Shown in pieces: positions 26,898 through 38,075 of a stretch of DNA of 64,000 bases. The position numbers and the translations under genes are program-made. Source of the DNA: Octopus bimaculoides. Lineage: Eukaryota. The stretch's first letter is position 1, and each line of letters begins with the position of its first letter. The stretch is taken from NCBI RefSeq assembly GCF_001194135.2, contig NC_068983.1, forward strand, positions 136,937,248 to 137,001,247, written 5' to 3'. A model generated the notes under the pieces. That model saw only the letters and a program-made list of their open reading frames with translations, had not been told where the DNA came from and searched no databases.

Positions 26898-28246
26898 TTT
26901 TCTGTGAATTGATGTTGATAAAACTTTTCCCAGCTGGTTTGCACACTGGCAACACCATTGTTGTTTTCATTATTCTTTTTTATTTCAGATGCTTCAGTTT
27001 TTGGGTGAACCATGCTAATAGCTTTTGAATGAAAATAGCCCATCTACACATTTTTTTTTTTTTTTCAGATAATGAAGAGTAATGATACATATTAAGCATA
27101 CATTGAGTATATACTTAACAGAAAACCATAATAATATTCTAACATTTATTGATATAATGAATTATTCAGTCACATGAGCACCAGGGAAGAAATGATCTGA
27201 TTGTGGGACCAATATTGGCTGCAAATTATGTGGGAAACCTGGACAAACAAGCAAAGCCTTTCTCACTGCCTCCAGACTTCCTCATATACCGAAAACCACC
27301 AGAAATCGCATCCTCGTGACCATGGCTTCCGTGCGAGTACCCCTGAAACTGCCTCCTCACAGGACTTTGAGGCTTCAATGGGCCCAAAAGTACATGACAT
27401 TAGACATGAGCTTGTCCTGTTCACTGACGAAACCAGAGCATCCCTTGACAGGCCTGACAGTTGGGTAAATGGTTGGGTCTATTTTGGAGATGAGCATCAC
27501 CAATGTTTACCATGTCAAAAACAGGGTGAAGGGGTCATGGGAACAGAGTTACAGGCCCAGTCAGGGTGCCTGAAGGAGTTAAAGTGACTGCAACCGCCTA
27601 CTGCAATCTCCTGAAAGAGGTCTTGGATCCCTGGCTAAGTGACATACTGTTGTCACTTCTCCAAGAGTCTTATGGCATACAAGGTGAAGGGTTGGTGATG
27701 TGGCTGCCATCATCTCCGGATCTCAACCCTATTGAAAATCTTTGGTCCATAAGATGTTTAAGCCGATGGATGCCAATTTACGTCGAAAGATGTCTTATGG
27801 GTGATCATCAAATCTGCAGCAGTGGCAGTCCAACCTGCCACTATTAAGAAATTGACAGATTCCATGACTAATAGGGTTTCTGAAGTTATCTGTCGAAATG
27901 GCACTCATGGCTAAATAATTCATTGTGTCAATAAATGTTATAATATTATTATTATGGTTTTCTGTTAAATATATACTCAGTATATGCTTAATATGTATCT
28001 TTACCCTTCATTTTCTGAAAAAAAAATGTCTAGATGGGCTATTTTTATTCAAAAGTTATTAGCATGGTTCACCCAAAAACTGAAGAATCTGAAATAAAAA
28101 AGAAAGTATGTTATACAGAATAATGAGAACATAACAATGGTGTTGCCATAGTGCGCAAACCAGCTGGGAAAAGTTTTGTCAAAATCGATTCACAGAAAAC
28201 CGAGAAATCCTAAATTTCACTCCTAAGCTATTAGCATGGTTCTGGG
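26898..28246 (+). mobile_element. Tc1-family DNA transposon relic with long IR-DR terminal repeats
   Basis: VLFTDETRASLD.PD.W..GW, YCNLLKEVLDPWL, WLPSSPDLNPIENLWS; inverted repeats 26898-27178 and 27904-28246; right end ...TTCTGGG|TA. Confidence 0.88.
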
Positions 28247-28744
28247 TATATATATGCATAAAACATAGGATGGGCTTCTTTCAGTTTGATCACCAAATCC
28301 ACTCACAGGGATTTTGTCAGTTCCAGGATACAGTAGAAGACATTTGCCCAAGGTACTACATGATAGGACTGAACTTGAAGCTCTAAAATGGGGAAGCAAA
28401 CTTCTTTTTTACACAGCCATGCCTTATATACATACATTCAAGTGTACAGTTGATAAAATCTACAGTGAAACATTAGATATGAGAACCATCAACAAAATGA
28501 ACATCTGTTATAAGAACGATATCTATGAGCAGTTTTCAAACCTTAAACATTAAAGAATTACGTTGAATAATATAAAAATTGTCCTACATTAGAGATTTCT
28601 ACATTGAAACTAATCCAGAATATCATAGATGCACTAATTTCTAACAAAGGCACAAGGCTACACATTTTGAAGGAGACTATAGTTGCCTAAATCAACTTTA
28701 CTTTTTGGTACTTATTTCATTGATAAAGTCAATCCCAGCAGAAT

Positions 28745-29010
28745 TTGAATGGTTTTTGCTAGGTTAACACTAAGGCCCTTCAATTCTAGACCTTGCTTCC
28801 ACACCTGAAACTTCTCTAGTTCTGGTAGTGATTCAGCCATAAAAACAAGGTCATCAGCATAGAGGAGCTCCCAGGGGCAACCTATCTTGAATTCCTTTGT
28901 TACTGCCTGGAGGACTATGATGAAAAAGAGGGGGCTGAGGACTGATCATTGATGAACCCCTACTTATACCCTGAATTCTTCACTATACTCGTTGTGAACC
29001 TTCATTAATG
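28745..29010 (-). mobile_element. RTE RT core fragment
   Basis: VGVHQ*SVLSPLFFIIVLQAVTKEFKIGCPWELLYADDLVF. Confidence 0.88.
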
Positions 29011-29029
29011 ATATTGTTTTAACAAGACA

Positions 29030-29460
29030 TTAAATTTTGGAAGAGAAGTTTAGTTCCAAGATACATGTCATGGATGCTCTAGGATGCATCATAAGTGAGG
29101 TTTCTGGGGTTTCAAAGAATTCTGGGTCTTTCAACATCAGACCTCTTTGCCCAGTTGACCCAGCCATGACTGACCGAGTTCCGGCTTGCATTCCAGTAGC
29201 AGCAAACCACCCAATGGCCTTTTCTGTAGCTTCAGTAATGGAATTTATGGTCCTTCCCTTTGCTGCACCTGTGAACCCAAGCCCAGTCAGAGTTTGTAGA
29301 AAGAATGCTCCACAAAACCCTGGTAGCCCATTTCAATTGCCTCTCAAAATGCCTTCCAGCCCTGGTTTCTGCTCTACCAGCTCCTGGTATTTGGCAAGTT
29401 CCTCTCACGAGCCTCCGCCTAGGGCACAGTCAGAAGAGAGTACCAGTATGTTATTGGTAC
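29030..29460 (-). mobile_element. Degenerate HERO-like RLE retrotransposon 3' fragment
   Basis: Minus strand with stops and frameshifts reads LTVP*..EARER-LAKYQELVEQ..AIEMGYQGFV..TGAAKGRTINSITEATEKA; same motif set as 1-282. The plus-strand 146-aa ORF here is spurious. Confidence 0.7.
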
Positions 29461-29683
29461 TTATTATATCAACATGAAAACAACAAACGCAAAGGAAAAA
29501 TAGTAAGATATAATGATAAAAGTAAATATTGCCATATATTTAGCATAGTGCTTGATTAATTCTTAAATCAAACCCAGACTTGATCTAATTCTGCAACTGT
29601 AGAAAATTAAAACTAAATTCTGTAATTCATGTAGTCCAAAGCTTTAATAAAGTCAAATATCATCAGCAAAAAAAAAAAAAAAA

Positions 29684-29817
29684 AAGGATTTCTTAAATAG
29701 GCACAAGACGAAAAAGACTGAAAAAGAATTTCTTAAACAAGCACAAGATGAAAAAGACTAAAAAAGGTTTTCCTAAACAGGCACAAGATTAAAAGAATTT
29801 CTTAAATAGGCATAAGT
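29684..29817 (+). repeat. 39-bp minisatellite, about 3.5 copies
   Basis: AAAAGGATTTCTTAAATAGGCACAAGACGAAAAAGACTG repeated with variation. Confidence 0.8.
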
Positions 29818-29938
29818 AACGTCAACTATACTCAGTTCTTGGCTAGTACTTATATTTTTGACCTCTGAAGGACCAACATCTACAGTAACATGATATTTTC
29901 TAAAAAGCTAAGAAATTTCAAAATTTCGATGGAAAGGA

Positions 29939-30152
29939 AGGCAGCAAGCAGGCAGAATCATTAGCACACCGGCAAAATGCTTAATGACATTTCATCCATC
30001 TTTACATTCTACGTTCAAATTCCGCCAAGGTTGGCTTTAGCTTTCATCCTTTGAGGGTTGTTAAAATAAGTACCAGTTGAGCACTGGGATTGATGTAATT
30101 GACTTACCCCCTCCTCCAGAATAGCTGGACTTGTACCAAAATTTGAAACCAA
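29939..30152 (+). mobile_element. tRNA-derived SINE (family B; other copies about 24100-24290, 56760-56960 minus, 61690-61815)
   Basis: A-box-like GGCAGAATC, B-box GTTCAAATTCC (30013-30023); shared body TTTCATCCTTT..AAAATAAGTACCAGTTGAG..CCAAAATTTGAAACC. Confidence 0.8.
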
Positions 30153-30954
30153 AATTACAACAGAAGAGAATAGCTTGTTGTTGACGGTATCCCTTAAGCA
30201 GCAGTAACAGAGACTTCAAACTGAGAAAGAAATATAATTAATATAATTGATCTCACTACTTAGACTCCTAACTAGATTTGATTTGAACACAAAACTGTGT
30301 AATCTCAAACTAGATGTAATAAATCATAAAAGCCAGCATTCTACTGTTTTAGCTATCTCTACAGGTTTGTTAGGTTTGACACCAAATGAAAAATGCAGAG
30401 GATCAACTCCAATAAACATCAGGTACTAATTTTATTGAGCCTTCATCAAGTTCAACAGAAATTAACCCTGGTAGCATTTGAAATCAGGATGAAGAAAGTC
30501 TAACTTAAATGCAGCAGACTGTACAAAACAGTACTCAACAGTTAACGCTTATAAATACCTATATACAAAAAACAAATTAAGTCCCCTTTATTTTTTTTTT
30601 CCCAATGGGAAAAATTGTTTTCTTTTTTAGTGTTTCTGTTACCACTGTAAGTGGAACAGGATTGAAAAATATTTCAATACTTTCATTCAAGATAATATAG
30701 CGCTTTTTTTTGTTTTTGTTTTTGTTCTATTTGTCAAATTATTCTGTGAAGTGAAGCAAAACAAAGATGAAATAATTAATGTCAACAAGATAGACAAATG
30801 AGATTTTGATCCTGAACATTTAGCTTTGTATTAATAAACCAGTACACTAAATTAACCAATGTTTCTTTGTTAATTTTATAGTTTCTTAACATTCATGAGT
30901 GAATTCATTTATATAAGAAAATGCTTTGCTTTCTTTTTAAACTTTCATTTAAAT

Positions 30955-32075
30955 ATTGGGTGAGCCAACAAGCCTAGTTTTTATTGATGCTAAATTTCAA
31001 GCAATCTAATAAGTATACTTCAATTTGTCTCTTGCACATGTGCACTGGTTAGATACTGGACACTTCAATGTAGTTCAATGCAAACTTACAATGAGACAGG
31101 TTGTATTTTGTGAGCTTAGGATCATTCTAAAAATGGAGAACAGAAACGAACATTATTGACACCTCATACTTTTCTATTTTAAAAAAGGCAAGAAAGCAGC
31201 GGAAGCCTGTAAGAAGATATGTGCTATGTACAGAGAGGATGCTGTTATGGAATGTGTCAGGTGGTTTTTAAGATTTTGATGAGAAATTTTCCAATGCAAG
31301 ATACACCTCACTCTAGCCAGCCAAATGAAATTAACAGTGACACCAAGTCCCATTATACAATAAAAATGATTGTAAATATTCCCCAGATATTCAGATTGAG
31401 TGTTGAAAACCATTTGCATCAACTTGGTTACATCAGTAGGCTTGATGTTTGGGTCCCACATCAGTTGAGTGTGGTTCACCTTGTCCAACAAATTTCCATC
31501 TGTGATTTGTTTCAGAAACGTGACGAAAACAATCCCATTTTTCTTTTAAGAGAATGGTTACAGAAGATGAAAAATGGAACATTTATAACAACATGAAGTG
31601 TAATGAATCACCACAGACAACCTCCAAAGCAGGACTTCACCCAAAGAAGATTATGCTTTCAATTTGGCAAGATTAGAAGGGTGTTGCCTTTTATGAGCTT
31701 CTTCCCACAACAGGTCTATCAATTCAAATGCATACTGTGACCAGCTGGACAAATTAAAAGCAGTGATCCACCAGAAATGTCCAGCACTTGCTAATCATAA
31801 GAGTATTGTCTTTCATCATGACAATGTCAGACTGCACACTTCTTTGCAGATGCGGCAGAAGTTATTGGGGCTTAACTGGGGAGTTTCACTGCACCGCCAT
31901 ACTTGCCCAACCTTGTACCTTCAAATTTCCACTAGTTTCAATCTCTTCAAAATTCATTGAATTAACAGACCTTCAACTCTGAAGTGGATGTAAAAATTCA
32001 CCTGGAAAGTTTTTCGCTAATAAAGACAGGAATTCTTTGAGCAGGGAATAATAGATCTGCCCACAAGATAGAAAT
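30955..32075 (+). mobile_element. Degenerate mariner (DD34D-type) transposase
   Basis: HILLFYFKKG..A, WVPHQL, HHDNVRLH and a decayed YSPDLAPSD-like motif; candidate 5' ITR TATTGGGTGAGCCAAC at about 30954; 3' ITR not found. Confidence 0.85.
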
Positions 32076-32592
32076 ATTTGCAATTTCTATTTTTAACTTT
32101 TAGTACAAGAAATCAGGGATTATAAAATATTCTCTAATGAATTAAAATGCCTTAATTAGGATCACTACATATATCATCACTCTTTCTGTACTGCCAGTCA
32201 TTATCCTATCTTCTGAGCCAGTTCCTATTTTTGTTTTTTCTTTTTGACATTCCTCATTCTTACCATTAACTCATATTTACTGTTGATCACCCACATCCTC
32301 GTTAACCATTCACTCCTATCTACCTTTGACCACCTCTACCCCAATTTCTATCATTTCACCCACTTTTCCTCCATATACCCACTCTTACTAATCCTTATAT
32401 CTCCACACTTCTGTGCTTTCTCCTCTTCACTTTTTTGGACATGTTACCTTGAGGGTATGCTCTGTTGCCTCTTTATCTCTCTTTCTGCCACTACTCCATC
32501 CAACCCCACTCACCCATAGACAGATAGACAGACAGACAGATAGATAGACATAACTCAAATTTATAGAAAAACAAAGACAGATGTAGGAAAAG

Positions 32593-32629
32593 TCTTTTAT
32601 GTTTCAAGCCTACGCTCTTCGACAGAAAG
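32593..32629 (-). ncRNA. Decayed sister hammerhead motif, sense to EDEM1 intron 1
   Basis: Minus strand CTTT-CTGTCGA-A-GAGC(GTAG)GCTT-GAAAC-ATA-AAAGA; same family as 61352-61388, with CpG-type changes. Confidence 0.5.
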
Positions 32630-32799
32630 GAATAGGAGGAAATAAATAGAGAGAGAATGAAAACAACAAGTTGATTCAGTGGTCCAACATGGTGAATATA
32701 GATATATATATATATATACATACAGGATGCGATAGATAAATTGTCACAATTTTTATTTTTTATTTTGTGCATGCACATTGTTTGTTTTTGATTTTGTCA

Positions 32800-33857
32800 A
32801 CTACACAGTATAGTAGGGTCAGTTGGGCACCATCTGAGAAAAACAGCACTATGACGCAATTCACTCTGCCAGAAATTTGGAAATGACATGCTGTACTGCT
32901 TGGCATTCACGCTGGAAGCTCCAATACAAATATTTCAGAGTGTTTGGGTGTCAATCTGAGGACAGTGTAGAGGAATTGGAAAGAGTTAGATGAGTCTAAT
33001 ATGGTGAATATGAAGGTACGGCAACTTGGAAAACTTATTTTGATTATTCTGATAAGAAAAGAGCTCAGATCCAGGCCATGATTGACAACAATCCCTCCAA
33101 GTCAATCAGGTCCATTGCCAGGGAAATGGGAGTGTCTGAGTTTCTTATCAGACAGGTAGTGCAAGAAGACATTCGGCATTCCTCACACAAGATGAGAAAG
33201 AGCCAATTTTTATCCCAAGCCATCAAGGACAAGAGCAAAGATCACGCTACAAAGCTTTTGAACAAACTCAAGCATCCCCTCCAACTGAACATGCTTTGGT
33301 TTTTCTCAGGCGAGAAAAATTTCTGGCAGGGTTAGATGGTGAACATAAAGAACAACCATTGGCTTGCTGTGTCCCCAAAACATGCACTGAGAGTGATAAA
33401 AATCAAACATCCAGTCGATATCATGGTGTTTGGAGTGATCACAAGTGATGGTGATGATATGCCTCCATTCATCTTCCCACACAGCCTCAGGCTCAACACT
33501 TACATCAAGTGCCTGGAAGAAGTAGTGCTGCCCTGGATCTAGAGGGTGGCTTCTGAAAGACCCTATGTCTGGCAACAGGACTCTGCACCATGCCACACAA
33601 GCAGGAAAACCCAGTCATGGCTGTCAGACAATTTCTGCGGTCACATCACTCCCAACATCTGGCCACCTAACTCTCCAAACTGCAACCCCTTGGTTATTAT
33701 GTGTGGGGTGCAGTTAAGTGAGAGACCAACAAAACTCCCTGTAATACCAAAGATGAACTGAATGTAAGGATCTGTTAAAATAGATCTGTTAAAATAAGAT
33801 GTCAGTGTTATTTTCATTTTTGTGTAATTTAGGCGACAATTTATTCACCGCACCCTG
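32800..33857 (+). mobile_element. Degenerate maT (DD37D) transposon
   Basis: FFSGEKNF, IMVFGVITSDG, QQDSAPCH...WPPNSPNCNPL(D) with 37 residues between the 2nd and 3rd catalytic positions; 3' end ...ATTCACCGCACCCTG. Confidence 0.85.
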
Positions 33858-34692
33858 TGTATATATATATATATTGTGGGGTAGCTTTGACTCTTCTCTA
33901 CAACAAGAAGCCTATTCCTATCCCATCCATCATACTTTAACCAGTCAACATCTCATATAAAGCCATCTCCCTCTCTCCTATTCTCTAAGTCAAGGGAGCA
34001 CTTTAGTGTTGCCAAGTTATAAGTGCCATGAAAAAAGCAGCTACTACACTCGGTAAAAAGGTTGGCAATAGGAAGGACATGCAGCTATTGAAACCATACT
34101 TAAACTGAGACAGTGGAACATGATGTGGTCCTCCAAACCACTGAATCTCATCAAACCTTCCAGTATGGAAAGAGGACATGAAATGATGATGAATTAGGAT
34201 TTCTCAGTAAGAAATTATAATGACTTCAAGAGACATTTGTGGTATCAAGCTTTCTCCCCACTCCTGGCAGTTTGCTGTGCTTGAGAAGACATGTCAAATT
34301 AAGTAAATGCATGATTGTCCTTGCATTCAGGTATGTCCCCTGCATTCCTGTTCAGCTGAGCATTCCTAATCGTGTGAGCTCATGGATGCTGGTACCACGT
34401 AAAAGCACTTGTGCAGGTGCTGCATAAAAGCACCCAATCACTCTGTAAAGTGGCTGGTGTGTCAGGAAGGGCATCCAACCATAGAAACCATGCCAAAAAA
34501 GACATGGAGTTTGGGGCAGCTCTCCATCTGACCAGCTCCTATCAAACTGTCCAACCCATGCCAGCATGGAAAGTGAATGTTAAATGATGATGATCCAGCA
34601 AGTCCAGAGAAAAAGACATTTCAATCAAATGTTCAGTATGGTGACCTACATGCTCAATGTGCCACATATAACCTAATTTTAGTCATTTGGTG

Positions 34693-34995
34693 TGAAGGTG
34701 CATGGGTTAGTGATTAAGGTATTTGTTTTGCAATCATAAGGTCCCAAATTCGATTCCTAGCAGTGTGATGTGTCCCTGAGCAAGACACTTTATTTCATGT
34801 TGCTGCTGTTCACTCATCTAGCCAAAATTGGTAGTACCTGCATTTCAAAGAGCAGCTTTGTCCCAGTCTGTGTCATGTTGAATCTCCATGAAAACTATGT
34901 TAAGAGTACACATGTCTATGGAGTGCTCAGTATGTTAATTTCACAAACAGGTTTTTCTGTTGATCAGATCTACCGAAACCCTTGTCGTCGTAACT
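34693..34995 (+). mobile_element. tRNA-derived SINE with CORE-like central segment
   Basis: Head GGTGCATGGGTTAGTGATTAAGG..ATTCGATTCCT; GTGTCCCTGAGCAAGACACTTT..TTCACTCATCTAGC. Confidence 0.6.
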
Positions 34996-37146
34996 GATGG
35001 ATTTAATTTTTAGTCATTTTATCTCAGGTTATTATTGGTGGTAGTTTATTTATCCCAGAGAAGTGAAGAATTGTTAAGCTAAGATCAACAGTTTTCTTAT
35101 AACAATATCTCTATAAATGATAATGTCCAAGCTTAGTATGGTGTACTAAAGAATTAAGGCTAGAAATATATGATACCTTTATTGAATATTAAACAGGATT
35201 TGATTTGAAGATTTAGTACCAAAAAGATATCAGGTAACCAGATTATGAGCAGTTTGACAATATTCATAAAATGTTTAGTGAAGAAACACCTAGTTTCATG
35301 TGATTCCTTTATTTGGCTATTAGAAACTAATACTGATTCTGGAAAAGTTACCAGCAATAGAGGGACAGTTTAACAGTACAGAAGCTTAAATTAAATCACC
35401 CAAATGACATGATATTCGATTATGTAATGAAAATATTAACAGTTACAAAATGCCATAAGCTCCTAGAGGACACTTTTGAAAAGTTACAAACATTACATTC
35501 CATTCTCCCATATTTTGTACCTATTTAATCAAAGACAGCACTATCGGCTATCAACACAATATGATCGAACGTGACACGTAGCTCACGATTTCAGACCCTA
35601 CCAGACCTGTCATTCGATAAAACATCATTCTTCTTTCATCGGTTTTTCTATATAAAAATTAACTATTAATTCCATTTATTTTTCATATTCAAAAGGGACA
35701 TGTAGCCTTGAATCTAGTATCCCCAAAAAGGAGTAGGGTCGACCCTTTCTATAGTAGTCTATATAGTATCTGACCGACAAAATTAATCGCCTTTCAAAGT
35801 GTTTTCATGTGGTCTCTTGGCCTTTAGAAATAGCAGCCAAGTTCCCTAATATCACACCCTCTTCTATTTTTCAGGGTGGCACACTGGGTAATATAGTCCT
35901 GGATATACAAAAAGATGAGTTGGTGATTAATAGGGAGTTCTTTTACAATAAGTTTGCTCTCTTTCAACAAACTTAAAGAGAGCAGACCTGGTACTAAAAA
36001 ACAACCTAAATATTGTTAGCGAACGATTGCTTACTCAACGAGCCAACGGGGATGTCTCAACGCGGTTACTCGACCTGTTTGAAACAGCGAACAAATCACC
36101 CTCAAATCACATTCCTCCATCTTAGAATACATTGGACAATGTAGCCTTTGATACACACAAAAAAATGGGATGGTCAAAGTTGGACCGTCTTTGATTATAT
36201 GGCTGCTCGATCTGGGGTTAAAGAACTTAAACATCGCCGAGTTAACAAGGGAGCTATCAATGTGGTCACTTGACCAGCTAAAAATAACAGCTATATTTCA
36301 ATGAAGCCACCCCACTATCGTCTTAGGCAGTCCCAGATACACTGTCTGCAAAGTAAATGACATAGTCGCAGCTGGAACGCCTTTGATCAAAGGTCTGCTC
36401 GATCAAGGCTGACATGGAGTTAAACAATAATATAAACACACCACTTTCAATTCGTAATAAATAATTCACGTTCTTTGGCGTATCTTAAACTTTTGAGTAA
36501 TTCATATCAAACAATAAATCGCCGTTCTTAACTCGGCTTTAGTGGAACAGAATTTGCACGCCACCCAATGGTTACTTTGTAATAAGGACGGGAAATAAGA
36601 AGGCTCACCTGACTAATAAAGTGCTTTATTGGGGAAATATACAATTCTATCAGGTGCAAAAATGACTTTTTCAAAGCTACACAAAAAGTCATATTTAATT
36701 TCGGACAACATTTCTGTAATATTAGTTTGCTATCGGTGGAATACTTTTATCATTATCTTCAAGTTGATACAGAATTTTAGTGTTAATCAAACGAGATATA
36801 TAAATATACCTGACGAGTTTACTCTGACTTTACAAATCACAACTCTGGTATCAACATACATATTGTCGAACCATTATTTAAAGATCAACATTAATTAGAG
36901 CTTCTTGTACGTAAGCAATAATTTTGAAAAAGGCTGAAAAGGATCGCTTCTTAGGATGTTAAATTAAATCAAAACGTTTTCGTAATTTAAAAGGTGATCA
37001 AATAAACAGCAACAATGTATTATTGAATAAAAATCGAAATATAAATCCCCTGCTTCGATCACACGTAAGCTTACTTTAAATAATGAAAATGTGGAGGAAG
37101 GCAGCAAATAATGTAGACGATAAAAACCAGAGCGGTGTAAACTTAC

Positions 37147-37406
37147 GGGTTGTCATAATCAGGGCCACGACCATGACAGCTGTGAGGATTTAGTTCGTCT
37201 TTAGGAAATGCATATTTCATGTAGTTGTCATAACCGAAGTTGAACATCTCCCGGACCTTTTGAAGCATGTTTAGACGCTCCTTCTCGGAGAAGTGGCCGT
37301 ACTTGACATCGTGGCGACCCCAGTCCTTCTGGAAGAGGTACAAGCGACCTTTCACCAGAATACATAAGCAAAGCAAGAGAATAATTATCGATAGTTTTCC
37401 CAACAT
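37147..37406 (-). CDS. EDEM1: EDEM1 coding exon 1 (signal peptide/anchor plus start of GH47 domain)
   Basis: MLGKLSIIILLLCLCILVKG...VREMFNFGYDNYMKYAFPKDELNPHSCHGRGPDYDNP matches the EDEM1 GH47 N-terminal motif (FGYDNYM.HAFP.DELNP..C.GRGPD). Donor CC|GTAAGT at 37146, phase 2. Confidence 0.96.
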
Positions 37407-37769
37407 AATACTGATCCATGGAAATTTTATTATAACAAATGGTATGTATTTATATATCTGATTAGCTGATACGTCTGTTGTATTTGATATCAGCTCACAA
37501 TTATCGTTTTTTTCTAGAGCGATTCGCTGTTTTCAATATAACCATTATTTAATAGTAGCAGATTATTTCCGTGGCATCAGCGTTAATAATAGTTTCATAG
37601 TTATTTGATCAAACACATGTAGTGTTTCTCTAGATTGAATATATCTACAATGACTTCTTAATATCTTGTTTTACTATGCACCCAGAGTTCGTAACCTCCT
37701 ACTAATGTGTGAACATGCGTAATAGTAGCGCACATAAAAAATAGAAGCCTAACAACCTTTAGTTCTCAA

Positions 37770-38075
37770 GCGGAAGTTGTCACGCTACGAAAGAAATAGA
37801 CTCATATAAGATATTATAAAACACTGAAGAAAACAAAATACTAAAGTCTATTTAAATAAATTTTAAGATATGTATTATAAAGTCTAAATAAGCGGTAATA
37901 TATTTCTTTATTTCTTTACTTTTTATATCATTACACATTTGTTACCATTGATTCAACTGACCAATTAAAGTCAGTATCGTGGCCACGCCTGTTCACGAGG
38001 GATTGGCCGAATTACTCAGTTCTCACTACCTCTCTTTATCGAATTCTGATATGAGGTCGAGTCTATCGACGTCAT
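37770..38075 (-). promoter_or_regulatory. Putative EDEM1 promoter motifs (ETS-like, CCAAT boxes, CCACG palindrome, ACGT-core site)
   Basis: GCGGAAGT 37770-37777; CCAAT 37961-37965; CGTGGCCACG 37978-37987; ATTGG 38002-38006; GACGTCAT 38068-38075. Locally CpG-enriched, 0.4-0.7 kb upstream of the ATG. TSS unknown. Confidence 0.4.

Noticed and set aside
29037-29477. 146-aa plus-strand ORF as a novel gene
   Set aside because: It is the antisense shadow of a HERO-like RLE fragment; no splice or start context.
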